The notes under the pieces were generated by a model, which saw nothing but the letters and a program-made list of their open reading frames with translations, searched no databases and was not told the origin of the DNA. A program made the translations under genes and the position numbers. Below, piece after piece: positions 1-9,758 of a stretch of 64,000 nucleotides of DNA; position 1 is the stretch's first letter, and every line of letters starts with the position of its first letter. This DNA comes from a virus. The stretch spans positions 1 to 64,000 of IMG/VR virus record IMGVR_UViG_3300042293_000555; one strand, given 5' to 3'.

Positions 1-134
1 TTTTCGATTTGATCTAAAGGAAGTATCCAATTATTCTCATCATCCTGCAAAGGTGTGAAGAATCTGTTATGGGCATATTGCTGCCCCTCCAGTGCTTCTT
101 TTTCATCATTGTCTAAGATTCCTACCTTTCTCAT
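1..134 (-). CDS. Small tail-fibre-associated protein, truncated at window edge
   Basis: Manual translation MRKVGILDNDEKEALEGQQYAHNRFFTPLQDDENNWILPLDQIE..., open to the edge; ATGA overlap with the stop of 131..433. Confidence 0.65.
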   Translation of the reverse strand, partial: MRKVGILDNDEKEALEGQQYAHNRFFTPLQDDENNWILPLDQIE

Positions 135-433
135 GCTAAGATTTCAGCATAATAGCCTAATTCTGAAAATGCAATATACATATACTGCAAAGCAACTTCC
201 AAAGACTGTGTTTCTGTTTCAAGAATCACAAAGTTGTAGGTCATATTTTGTATGTCGGTTGCAATTTCTTTGCCTGCCAAAAACGAATCAAAGTTAAGAT
301 AAGTTTTGTACGTGATAGTAAGGGAACCATCCAATTGGCAAGTGAAAACAATACGAACATAGACAGAGCTGAGCTCAATATCTGTACCTTGTACGTTTAT
401 TTGTGTTGTGTTTTTTGAGAGTAGTAGTGCCAT
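131..433 (-). CDS. Hypothetical protein downstream of tail fibre
   Basis: 100-aa ORF tightly packed in the operon. Confidence 0.6.
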   Translation of the reverse strand: MALLLSKNTTQINVQGTDIELSSVYVRIVFTCQLDGSLTITYKTYLNFDSFLAGKEIATDIQNMTYNFVILETETQSLEVALQYMYIAFSELGYYAEILA

Positions 434-434
434 T

Positions 435-1979
435 TTAGTTTATCTTTTTATATTTTAGAATTGAACCTTTGAGAGTGCGGGCCGTTGTTGCTGCTATGGC
501 AACATTCTGAGCAAATTGATATTTGAATATTGCGTTTGCTGATGCAGTAAAAGAGTATATAATTTTGATGCTTAGTAAAGAATCTAAATCTGCTGAAGGG
601 CAGCCCATTGATATTTGATTAGTATTAGCAACTCCTGCAGCGCTTGCAATAGTAACAACTGCTAAACCTGTAAGTCCTGTTGCAGTATATATTCCGTTAC
701 CTTTCATATTCCCAGCAGATACAGCAAGTCTACTTAAATAATCTGATGAAGTATTGTTACAAGAAATAACGATATCCATCTCAATCATGTATTGCCCACC
801 AGCCACAACAGAAAACTGCATATCAGTATCATCAACTAAAGTTATGCTATTTGTCACGTCTTGATTTTGTGGTTTTACAATGTAATTCCAGCCGCCTATT
901 GTTTTGTTTTTCCAAAGTGATGTTGCACTTTCATAAACTAAAGCATCATTATTTGCTGCACCTGCAATACTTACATTGTGCAATTCCTCAAGCTCATAGC
1001 CGTTATCAACTTTGACGTAGATTGAACCTTGTGTAATATGAGCATGAACAACATAACCAATTACAATTAAATGATTTGGTGCAACAGGTTTTACATTTGT
1101 AATATTACCCGCTGTTGTTGGGCTGAGATAAAGAATATCACCATCTGCCCAAGTTTCTGTCTGCAAAGAACCTGTTGTGTTTATACCCCTTACTAATCCG
1201 CTTACAGTAACAAAGCCTTCTTGATTGTTATTTATTGTTTCAGTAACTAAGCCAATTGTTTCAGCACTTAAAGCATTAGTTGTTGCAAGTGCCAAATCTA
1301 TTTTTAGCCTCTGCCCTTGTGCGCCTGTTATTCGCACTGCCTGATAGTTAGCTTCTAACAAATTTACGTTTGTAGCTGTTTTATTAACTACTCTCACAAT
1401 CTGCTCTTGCCCGATTTGTAGCGTTACATTTCCACCCTTTAGGCCTAAGTCCAGCGTTCCGTCTGTATTATTCCACGCAAGTTCGCCAGCTACAACAGAA
1501 TGTGCTGCTGCTGTATCAAAATTTATAAAATCATATTCTTGAATTGCCCAAACAGCTGCACCTGCAGTTGCATCAGAGCAAACATAAGTAGTGCCATTAT
1601 CTAATGTCCAAAGAGAACCAATTTGATAACCTGTTAAATCATCATCATTTACTGTAGGAACATTACTAAAATTATACAAAGATTGTCTAATATAAAGACC
1701 GCTTTGGTCCATCACATACAATCTGCCAGCTTCCCATTTTAATTGATAATCAAGCGAACAAATCATAGCAATACCTTTAGCACCACCAAGGTATTGATCT
1801 CTTCTTCCTGTTTTTAATCTTGAAGTGTTAGCAAAATAAAGACCTTGATTTATATCAAAGTTAATATCATTAGCACCTGATGCATTACCATTAGCTAAAA
1901 CACTTGCAAGATCTGCTGAAGCACTACCTGCTTCATAGTAGTCAAATTTACCAGTTAAAGGATTTAATTTATATGGCAT
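435..1979 (-). CDS. Tail fibre / receptor-binding protein
   Basis: G/T/A/N-rich modular beta protein with fibre-like segments (GELAWNNTDGTLDLGLKGG, WADGDILYLSPTTAG, LEELHNVSI..LVYESATSLWKN); located at the end of the tail module. Confidence 0.7.
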   Translation of the reverse strand: MPYKLNPLTGKFDYYEAGSASADLASVLANGNASGANDINFDINQGLYFANTSRLKTGRRDQYLGGAKGIAMICSLDYQLKWEAGRLYVMDQSGLYIRQSLYNFSNVPTVNDDDLTGYQIGSLWTLDNGTTYVCSDATAGAAVWAIQEYDFINFDTAAAHSVVAGELAWNNTDGTLDLGLKGGNVTLQIGQEQIVRVVNKTATNVNLLEANYQAVRITGAQGQRLKIDLALATTNALSAETIGLVTETINNNQEGFVTVSGLVRGINTTGSLQTETWADGDILYLSPTTAGNITNVKPVAPNHLIVIGYVVHAHITQGSIYVKVDNGYELEELHNVSIAGAANNDALVYESATSLWKNKTIGGWNYIVKPQNQDVTNSITLVDDTDMQFSVVAGGQYMIEMDIVISCNNTSSDYLSRLAVSAGNMKGNGIYTATGLTGLAVVTIASAAGVANTNQISMGCPSADLDSLLSIKIIYSFTASANAIFKYQFAQNVAIAATTARTLKGSILKYKKIN

Positions 1980-1980
1980 A

Positions 1981-2271
1981 TTAAGTAGTTGTTATATTTG
2001 TACAATTGTTATTTGCATCATAAGTAAATGCTTGAGTAAACATTAAAGTAGCACCTTCATAGTGTTCAGCAAGAGTTACATTATTATTAACATCATAAGT
2101 ATAATTAATTGAATTACCTGGAGTAGTATTCCAATTAGCATATAATGTATTTATGTATAATAATTGTATTCCACCTGAAAGTTTATTTATTTCAAAAATA
2201 ATAGCTGCACTACTTTCACAAGCACATTGCAATGCTCTATTCATTTGTTTGATTTCATCCCTGGTTTGCAT
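1981..2271 (-). CDS. Hypothetical tail-associated protein
   Basis: Likely start MQTRDEIK at 2271; two YD-like repeats (YTYDVNNN, FTYDANNN). Confidence 0.55.
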   Translation of the reverse strand: MQTRDEIKQMNRALQCACESSAAIIFEINKLSGGIQLLYINTLYANWNTTPGNSINYTYDVNNNVTLAEHYEGATLMFTQAFTYDANNNCTNITTT

Positions 2272-2488
2272 CTGTATCTTTATTTTTAAGTTTTTCAATA
2301 GTTCTTGAAATAGTGTAAACACCCATATCAGCAAACATTGCAAATAAAATTGCTTCAGTTATAAATCCTTCATTACAAGGTTTTGAACTAAACAGACAAA
2401 CAAGAAATGCTATCATAATAAGTATAGTCCAAATAACAGTCCTTAAAGGTCTTTGATATTTTTTAATTAACTCTAATGTCTTTTCCAT
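2255..2488 (-). CDS. Putative holin / small membrane protein
   Basis: 77 aa, two hydrophobic segments, charged C-terminus. Confidence 0.5.
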   Translation of the reverse strand: MEKTLELIKKYQRPLRTVIWTILIMIAFLVCLFSSKPCNEGFITEAILFAMFADMGVYTISRTIEKLKNKDTDANQG

Positions 2489-2491
2489 AGT

Positions 2492-4093
2492 TTAACAATT
2501 AACATTATCCATAAATTTATTATCTCCAATACTTGTACTACTTTCACATATCCATGATGCATCAATTTCTTTTTCAAAACAAAGTGTACAGACTTCATCT
2601 TCTGTTGTAATAGTTACTTGTAATTTTACAATTGCACTAACAGTAAATGATGATGTTCTACAAGGTTCAGAAAGCATTACAGTATAAGTATCACTTGGGC
2701 CTGATATATAAATAGGTATTAGATTACTTATACAAGAAAAAGGAGTACAAAGATTAGTTGGATAAGGTTGGTAATTACCTAAGTTTCCAGAAGTAGTATT
2801 AAACACAGATGCTTGAACAACAGCAACATTAGCAATAGTCAAACCAAATGAACCTAAATTAGTAAATTGATAATTAAATCTATAATTTACTTTATGTAGT
2901 GTAGTAAATGGTATTTGAATAACACTTAATATTTCTAATCCTGCTGAAATATTTAATCCTTCTAAATCTTCACAAGATGGAGTTCCACCACCTGGCTCAG
3001 GTACAGGACAATAAATTTCAATTTCAAAGTTAAAAAAACAACCATTAACATCTGTAATAGTACCTGTTACAATATCACCAGTCATTACTGTTTGACCTGG
3101 CCCCCATACACCTCCACCAATATATTGAAATGGTGCAATAATCCCACCATTAATTGTACCTACTACTGTGTAAGGTGCATTACCACCTGAAGGAGTTACA
3201 GTTACTGTAGCTTCACCTGTATTATTACCTAAATCATCAGTTAAACAAATAACTTCATCGTTATCTTTAATGTCAGCAAACATACAATCAAATGGACAAT
3301 CTATAATACCTTTTTGAACAGCAGTAACTCTACCAATAGCATCAACTACATAAACAGAAAAGTTTGTACCATTAGGTAATATACCACAAAGTATTCCACC
3401 ACTAATTAATATAATACCATTAACTGTACCTACAACTGTATATGGTGGTGTTCCACCTGATACTGTAACACAAAGTTCACCTGAATCATCAGGTTGACAA
3501 GACCAATTAGTAGCAATATCAAGTATACTTAATTGACAAGTACCATTATCAAAAGTAGCATTAGGATCATAGTTTTCAAAATTAGGATCAGTGCATCCAC
3601 CTAAATAAGTTATTTCTATACCATATTCTGCTTGACAACCATTCTCATCTAATACAGTTGTAACAATTCCTGTAGTTACAGATGTATTTGTAAAAGCTGG
3701 AGATACAGTTAAAACATTTCCAACCTCACTTATTAATATCCAATCAGCAGTAATGATATTCCAATTACTTGTGTAAGGTACATTAGTACCTGTAACTGTT
3801 GATGTAAAAATATATTGTACTTGATTTCCTACAGTAACTATTTGGTAAGCAATACTGATTTGAATATTACAAGGAGTTATATTAGGATTAGTGTTAGATT
3901 GTTCTGAACAAGGTAACTCTTCACCTTTCAAACAAGTTAAGTCAATAGGTACACAATCTAATCTATTAAGGTAAGACTTAATAAAATTTATGTTAGATGT
4001 ATCATCTTTACAAAGTAGTCCAAACTTTCTTCGGACTACTCTATCATACATTTCCTTGACTATGTTGCAGTTCCATTTCATATTAACAGCCAC
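2492..4093 (-). CDS. Cys-rich virion structural protein with Ig-like/SprB-type repeats
   Basis: SGGTPPYT and SGGNAPYT repeats, GCTDPNFENYDPNATFDNGTC motif; lies in the tail module. Confidence 0.55.
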   Translation of the reverse strand: MAVNMKWNCNIVKEMYDRVVRRKFGLLCKDDTSNINFIKSYLNRLDCVPIDLTCLKGEELPCSEQSNTNPNITPCNIQISIAYQIVTVGNQVQYIFTSTVTGTNVPYTSNWNIITADWILISEVGNVLTVSPAFTNTSVTTGIVTTVLDENGCQAEYGIEITYLGGCTDPNFENYDPNATFDNGTCQLSILDIATNWSCQPDDSGELCVTVSGGTPPYTVVGTVNGIILISGGILCGILPNGTNFSVYVVDAIGRVTAVQKGIIDCPFDCMFADIKDNDEVICLTDDLGNNTGEATVTVTPSGGNAPYTVVGTINGGIIAPFQYIGGGVWGPGQTVMTGDIVTGTITDVNGCFFNFEIEIYCPVPEPGGGTPSCEDLEGLNISAGLEILSVIQIPFTTLHKVNYRFNYQFTNLGSFGLTIANVAVVQASVFNTTSGNLGNYQPYPTNLCTPFSCISNLIPIYISGPSDTYTVMLSEPCRTSSFTVSAIVKLQVTITTEDEVCTLCFEKEIDASWICESSTSIGDNKFMDNVNC

Positions 4094-4949
4094 AATTTGA
4101 GCATGAATCAGACCCTCCTAATTCTTGGCACAATTTAGTAAATATTTCACATAACTCATCACAATTACACCCACAATTTGAGCCTTCAGTTAAAGTATAA
4201 TGTAACAGAAAAATATTAGTAGCAACTTTATTACAGTTCATTAGTTCTGTAACACGAGCACTTACTTTACAAGCAGTTTCACAATCAAAAAAGAAACAAG
4301 TAGACTCAGTAATAATATTTCCATTTGATGCATATCTTATTGTAAAAGAATAAACAGCATCTTGAAAATTAGTAAGTCCAAAGAATCTTGGGTCTATATA
4401 AATATCTGTTCCTGAGAAAAATACATTATCTATTGGAAAATGACCAAAATAAACTTCTGTATCAATACCATTAACTGTAACAATCATTTTTACAGGTCTA
4501 ATGTTAACCGGTAAATCTTCAATAGTATAAGTACAAATATCTTCAATAGCATCATAAGTATACCCTTGAGTAACAGTAGTTGCAAAGTTAGTTGTAAACC
4601 AAGCTTGAATAATTGGATACAATAATGTTATATCTCCTGTATTACACATATAATCTACTACATTATATGTAGTAGGGTCAAGTATATTCCAACTTTGTTG
4701 AGTATTAATGTTTTGAAAAATAATCTCTTTAATTACAGCAGTATCATCAACTGGAAAATTTAATGTCCATTGATTTGTATCAAGGTCATTTCCTGTAATT
4801 GATTGTACTTCAGTTTCATCAGTACAACAATTCATTGTACCACTTATTTGAAATTGAGTATAGTTACCAGGATTTAAAATAAAGTCTGAGATTAACTCAG
4901 ACTCTATCTTAATATGACCACAATTGGATGTTTTACTGAGTAAAATCAT
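4083..4949 (-). CDS. Virion structural protein (tail ring/hub-like)
   Basis: Position in the crAss-like structural block; Cys-rich C-terminus. Confidence 0.5.
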   Translation of the reverse strand: MILLSKTSNCGHIKIESELISDFILNPGNYTQFQISGTMNCCTDETEVQSITGNDLDTNQWTLNFPVDDTAVIKEIIFQNINTQQSWNILDPTTYNVVDYMCNTGDITLLYPIIQAWFTTNFATTVTQGYTYDAIEDICTYTIEDLPVNIRPVKMIVTVNGIDTEVYFGHFPIDNVFFSGTDIYIDPRFFGLTNFQDAVYSFTIRYASNGNIITESTCFFFDCETACKVSARVTELMNCNKVATNIFLLHYTLTEGSNCGCNCDELCEIFTKLCQELGGSDSCSNCGC

Positions 4950-5392
4950 TATGGATAAACTCTTATAATTAAACTAATACTTAATGTACTATCTGCTACT
5001 GTTCTTGCTCCTGCATTATCCATTGTAGCAGTAATAAACTTAAGTCTATTTGCAGTATCTCTAACAGCAGATGTTAATGCTATGCTGCCTGCTGGAGCTA
5101 AATCTGAACTTGTAAATGATGGTATAATAACTACCTTAGATGCAGTTGGGAATGCACCTGTAAGTGTAGCTAAATAAGTACCTGTTGCACTTCTTGTCCA
5201 AACTAATGTACCACCTAAAGTATTATTAAGTACAGTTGCAGCTGGAGCAGCAGTACCTGTTTGAGTAACAGTAGCTACATATTCTTTATAAGTACCTACA
5301 ACAGTTTGAAGTGCAGCAATATCAGTTCTTTGAGAAGAAGTAAATTGAAAAATCATTTTCTTAATCTCGTTATACAAATTTTTTGGTAACAT
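4949..5392 (-). CDS. Small structural protein (head/tail fibre-like)
   Basis: T/A-rich beta-strand protein in the structural operon. Confidence 0.45.
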   Translation of the reverse strand: MLPKNLYNEIKKMIFQFTSSQRTDIAALQTVVGTYKEYVATVTQTGTAAPAATVLNNTLGGTLVWTRSATGTYLATLTGAFPTASKVVIIPSFTSSDLAPAGSIALTSAVRDTANRLKFITATMDNAGARTVADSTLSISLIIRVYP

Positions 5393-5419
5393 AATTTTGT
5401 TGATTAAAAGTTACAAAAT

Positions 5420-5450
5420 AAAAAAGGAGAGAGAAAAAATCTCTCTCCTT
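5420..5450 (-). terminator. Intrinsic terminator
   Basis: AAGGAGAGAGA/TCTCTCTCCTT stem with U-tract on the minus strand. Confidence 0.75.
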
Positions 5451-5468
5451 ACAATAATAAATTATTGA

Positions 5469-6662
5469 TTATCCTAAACCATCTTCAGTTACATCATTAA
5501 TGTTAGTAGTGTATAACAATGTAGAACAATCACACTGAGCAAGGTCATCATCCAATGGATCAAAGAAACCAGTTACAAAAGCATCCAATATAGGAAGAAT
5601 ACCATTAAATACAAGGTTACTTGCAGTACATGGTACAGCAATAACAGTATTAAGTTGATTTTTATTATCTCCCCAACCTGCTATACTTTCATTAGAATAG
5701 GTTATATTAACTTGGTTGTAAATACCTGCATTAGTAGAGAACCTTTCAAAGTTACCTATTGCAGTACCTACCATTTCACCTACTCTGTAATCACCAGGCT
5801 TACCTTTGTATCCACCTGATTCATACTCCAACCATCCAATGTCCTTACCTTGACCTTCACCAAATGATGGTTCTTGAAACTCATCTGTAGTTGCTTCACA
5901 AGTAAGACCATCAATTAGAGATACTATAATTTTAAACTGCATCATTTTGTAATAACGCAATGGAATATTACAATAAAGATAAAGTTTAGATGCTACAGTT
6001 GTAAGACGTACACCTAAGCAATCACCTGGATTATCTATAATCCATTGAGCTACATCATCAGCATCTACTACAACAGGAGAACCTGGAGTTGTAGTGTAGT
6101 CAAGATAATTAGCAAGAAGGATACCATCAGTATCAGCATTAACTGCATCTACCAACAATTGAGCAAGTTGATTACAATCTCCTGAAGGACAATCACAACC
6201 TGCACCACAACATCCTGTTCTTACAGCAAATGTTTTTGCAAACTGATTAAAGCCATAGTTCATATAAGCTTGAGTGTTACCTCTAAACTCTACTTTGAAA
6301 GCATAATCAGAGTCACACTTAACATCAGTGAAATCAGTAATGTCAACAATGTTAGGTCTTTCAGGACTATAACATCTTAAAGTGTAAGCAGTAACACCTC
6401 TTTTTTGGATGTGTGTACCTGCTGAAAATCTTACATCATCTGCTACACCATCACCATTAGTGTCTACAGCTATAGCAATAAAGATAGATCTTTCATTAAC
6501 TACAGTAGCTGCACTAACAGATAAACCTGTGTCATAAGAAAATACTCCCATAGTACCTATACCAGCTGCAACAAGTTGTGTCAAAGTTTGACCTGCTGTT
6601 GTTACAGGAGCTACATCAGTTGGTGCTACAAGAACTTGAAATACATGATTATTTGCACTCAT
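5469..6662 (-). CDS. Virion structural protein (auxiliary capsid-like)
   Basis: 397 aa, third gene downstream of the major capsid gene, followed by a terminator. Confidence 0.55.
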   Translation of the reverse strand: MSANNHVFQVLVAPTDVAPVTTAGQTLTQLVAAGIGTMGVFSYDTGLSVSAATVVNERSIFIAIAVDTNGDGVADDVRFSAGTHIQKRGVTAYTLRCYSPERPNIVDITDFTDVKCDSDYAFKVEFRGNTQAYMNYGFNQFAKTFAVRTGCCGAGCDCPSGDCNQLAQLLVDAVNADTDGILLANYLDYTTTPGSPVVVDADDVAQWIIDNPGDCLGVRLTTVASKLYLYCNIPLRYYKMMQFKIIVSLIDGLTCEATTDEFQEPSFGEGQGKDIGWLEYESGGYKGKPGDYRVGEMVGTAIGNFERFSTNAGIYNQVNITYSNESIAGWGDNKNQLNTVIAVPCTASNLVFNGILPILDAFVTGFFDPLDDDLAQCDCSTLLYTTNINDVTEDGLG

Positions 6663-6675
6663 TTTTTATTGATTT

Positions 6676-7401
6676 TTAATTGTTCAAAAGATTTACTTTT
6701 GCTTGTTTGATTTGAAAATCAGGTATCTGCATTTGTCCTGTCATAATTAAAACAGCTATATCTACAATCTCTCTATGAGTCTGTTCAGGTAATTCACAAT
6801 CCTGACTAAGTGTAAGCACTGTACCATCAGGTAAATTGTAAGTTCCCCCTACATAATCTTGAGCATTTTGAATATAGGCAGGTTTCCTAATGTAATTAAA
6901 TTCACATATAGATTCAACAATAAAGGTTCCATCACTAAATACTCTAAGTCCATCTTCAAAAAATCTTACATTCACTTCTCTCCACTCAAATGAACTTGAA
7001 TCAAAAGGAGATTCTTCATGCATGTCATCATGTTGTTTGATTAAGAGTCTTGCTCTTACACCATCACATTCTCCTTTACTAAGACATGCATAACCTGAAA
7101 CATAAAATAAATAATTTTCAGGTAAATTACACTGATAAGAATTATCAACAACATTATATATTACAGCAGGTAGAGGAGTAAGGTTGTTTATCACTAATGT
7201 TCTAATGTCATCAATACTCCTCTGATTCACTTCAAACCCAAATCCGTTTTTAGTGCGGGGTTCTGCAATTGTCTTAATAAAGATTTCCTGTGCTTCATTC
7301 AAAACCCAATCAATTTCAGGTACTTTTAAATTTCTGTACTGTTGGGAATCTACCTTATTAAGTTTGACTTTTAAATCATAATGCATTGCCCTGATATCCA
7401 T
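6676..7401 (-). CDS. Head-tail ring / tail tubular protein (crAss-type)
   Basis: KLNKVDSQQY..EIDWVLNEAQ, YIRKP and CELPEQTHREIVDIAV, typical of crAss-like ring proteins. Confidence 0.7.
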   Translation of the reverse strand: MDIRAMHYDLKVKLNKVDSQQYRNLKVPEIDWVLNEAQEIFIKTIAEPRTKNGFGFEVNQRSIDDIRTLVINNLTPLPAVIYNVVDNSYQCNLPENYLFYVSGYACLSKGECDGVRARLLIKQHDDMHEESPFDSSSFEWREVNVRFFEDGLRVFSDGTFIVESICEFNYIRKPAYIQNAQDYVGGTYNLPDGTVLTLSQDCELPEQTHREIVDIAVLIMTGQMQIPDFQIKQAKVNLLNN

Positions 7402-7413
7402 ACTGTTTATCTG

Positions 7414-8217
7414 TTAATTTAACTTCTCAAGAATTTTAGCTTTAATTTCCTGATTCTGAGGATTACTAAAGTACTCAACAACATCATCAATACTGTGTCC
7501 AAGAATATCTCCCATATAGAATATACCTGCTCCTTCTTTGGTAAGTACATTTTTATAAAGAGCTTCTACAACCATACCTTTAATGTAAAGATGATTTTTA
7601 TCCATTTTACTAAACTTCAAGAAATCATTTAAATATTCTCCTTCAATGATTTCAGATATCTTAACATCTACAAATTCATTAGATTGCTTTCTTACTGAAA
7701 TGTCTAAGATAATTTGTACAAGAGATACCTTTTGTTCTTTGGTAAGTTTATCAAAAACTTTATATGCTTCTTTCTTCTTATTCAATTTATGAGCTTCAAT
7801 CTCAATGTGTTCTGATTCATCATACAAAATGTGAGTAGCTTGTGGCCATTCTCCATCTTGAAATTCTTTTTCAGAATTAGCTACAAATGGTGAAGCTTTG
7901 TAATTTTTTACCTTAATAAACTCTAATGGTTTTGTTATATCTAACACTAAAGTTCTATTAGGAAATCTTAGTTGTGCAGGTTTAGTTGCCCAAAATGGAT
8001 GTGGTGAGTTAGGATTAAAAGTATCACTTAAATCTATACCCATCAATTTACCATACTTATCTGCTTCTTCTTCTGTAAGTCCTGTATCTAATTTACCTGT
8101 TTTAGAATTATACAGTACTTGTGAACTATGGTCTTGAGTAAATGCATCTTTGCCTTCTTTACCATGCCATTTTTTAGTTTCAATTGGTCTTAACTCTACA
8201 ATATTCGGATTTCTCAT
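7414..8217 (-). CDS. Conserved crAss-like protein downstream of the major capsid gene
   Basis: Synteny; TGLTEEEA..PFW..ANS segments. Confidence 0.6.
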   Translation of the reverse strand: MRNPNIVELRPIETKKWHGKEGKDAFTQDHSSQVLYNSKTGKLDTGLTEEEADKYGKLMGIDLSDTFNPNSPHPFWATKPAQLRFPNRTLVLDITKPLEFIKVKNYKASPFVANSEKEFQDGEWPQATHILYDESEHIEIEAHKLNKKKEAYKVFDKLTKEQKVSLVQIILDISVRKQSNEFVDVKISEIIEGEYLNDFLKFSKMDKNHLYIKGMVVEALYKNVLTKEGAGIFYMGDILGHSIDDVVEYFSNPQNQEIKAKILEKLN

Positions 8218-8242
8218 ACGTATTATTCTGTTTATTAAATAT

Positions 8243-8273
8243 AAAAATAAAGGGGGAGGGATTAACTCCCCCT
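8243..8273 (-). terminator. Intrinsic terminator after the major capsid gene
   Basis: AGGGGGAG/CTCCCCCT stem with downstream U-rich tract on the minus strand. Confidence 0.75.
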
Positions 8274-8280
8274 ATTTATT

Positions 8281-9735
8281 CTAAGAACGTGAAAGTATTA
8301 ATTCACCACAACGAGAAACATCTTCCATGTGGATACCACACTGATCTTTAACGTGCATTTCATAATAGTCACCTGAGTGAGAAGCAAGCTTGTTGTTTAC
8401 AGGGCCATAAGGTGTAACCAAACCTGCTGTGTAAATCAATGACATACCACCTTTTTTCTTGATACGTTTTACATTAGATTCACCTTTTTCACCTGAGAAG
8501 TCAAGGAAAGTAAATCTCATTGATTCAGTAGGATAACCAGTAACAGGGTCAATTTCAAAGTTAATCTCTCTGTCATCATATAGTGGGTTGTGAACTAATT
8601 CAAGTTCAGCACCATTTGCCATACGATATTTGACATATTGATAACCTGCAACCAAACCATTTTCATGGTATTCAGAAGTACCTTTTTGGATAAACAACTG
8701 ATCAACAACTTGGATGAAACCTTTTTTCTCCATCCAATCCTGAATAGCACGATGGAAGATAATCATACCATATTCACCTGTAAATGCTTTGATTTTACGT
8801 TGTCCACCTGGCTTTACACGAGAGTAGAAAATGTCCATCAAATACTCTTCAATCAGAGTTGCAGTAAGGTGAGTATAACGATGTACGTGAGAGTCTTCAA
8901 GTTGTTCTTGAATACCAGGGCCTGAATAGATAGGTCTACCATTAGCACCAAGTACAGAATCTGTACTACGAGAATACCAATAACCTCTTTCAAGTTCCTT
9001 GTACCACTGCATCCAATATTCAACTTCAGCATACTTAATCCAAGTATCATGCATCTTACCCTGTGGATCAGGAACTTTAACTGCAAGTACTTGATTATGT
9101 GCATCACCTGTTACCTGATACTTTTTACGGAAACGTGAAAGTCTGTTTTTCAAAGTAATAGGAAGTGAGTACTGAGTAGAACCTGACTGTTCACCTGCTT
9201 CTTCATACTGAGAAAATAGCTTTGCCCATTGAGTACCCGGACTCAAGTAAGTAACAGGAAGAGAATCAGCAGGATTATCTGACATTAAACGTACTACATA
9301 AATCCAACCTTTACCATGTCTGTAAGGTTCTTCTTGAATACGAACCTGATACTTTTTATTAGTAGTACCTGGGTGAATAATATCACCTGGAACAAACCAA
9401 TTTTCATCAAGTTTAATTTTGAAGTTTTGTTTGAATCTACCTGGAGTAGTATTACTTGATGGTTCTACATTTTCAACAATAACCAATGGTCTTGTAGAAC
9501 CTGTTCTCAAACCCCATTCCCATTCATTAGATGTAATCTCTTCTTCCTTTGCAGTAGAAGACAAAATGTAAGTCATAGGATTATCTGAGTAACGAGTAGC
9601 TGTAAACAACTTAGTCATTACTGATTCAAATACGTGTGGCTTTGCAATTAAAGCTGCACCCAAGTGATTGAGGTCAGTCATATTTGCATGCCAAGGCATT
9701 TGCTTTGTAATCAGCTTATTATTTAATTGTGCCAT
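8281..9735 (-). CDS. Major capsid protein (crAss-like)
   Basis: 484 aa; TerL-portal-scaffold-MCP order; followed by a strong terminator; crAss-like segments (ENWFVPGDII, GPGIQEQLE, LVHNPLYDD). Confidence 0.85.
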   Translation of the reverse strand: MAQLNNKLITKQMPWHANMTDLNHLGAALIAKPHVFESVMTKLFTATRYSDNPMTYILSSTAKEEEITSNEWEWGLRTGSTRPLVIVENVEPSSNTTPGRFKQNFKIKLDENWFVPGDIIHPGTTNKKYQVRIQEEPYRHGKGWIYVVRLMSDNPADSLPVTYLSPGTQWAKLFSQYEEAGEQSGSTQYSLPITLKNRLSRFRKKYQVTGDAHNQVLAVKVPDPQGKMHDTWIKYAEVEYWMQWYKELERGYWYSRSTDSVLGANGRPIYSGPGIQEQLEDSHVHRYTHLTATLIEEYLMDIFYSRVKPGGQRKIKAFTGEYGMIIFHRAIQDWMEKKGFIQVVDQLFIQKGTSEYHENGLVAGYQYVKYRMANGAELELVHNPLYDDREINFEIDPVTGYPTESMRFTFLDFSGEKGESNVKRIKKKGGMSLIYTAGLVTPYGPVNNKLASHSGDYYEMHVKDQCGIHMEDVSRCGELILSRS

Positions 9736-9758
9736 TTTTTAATAATTTGTTTTAAAAT

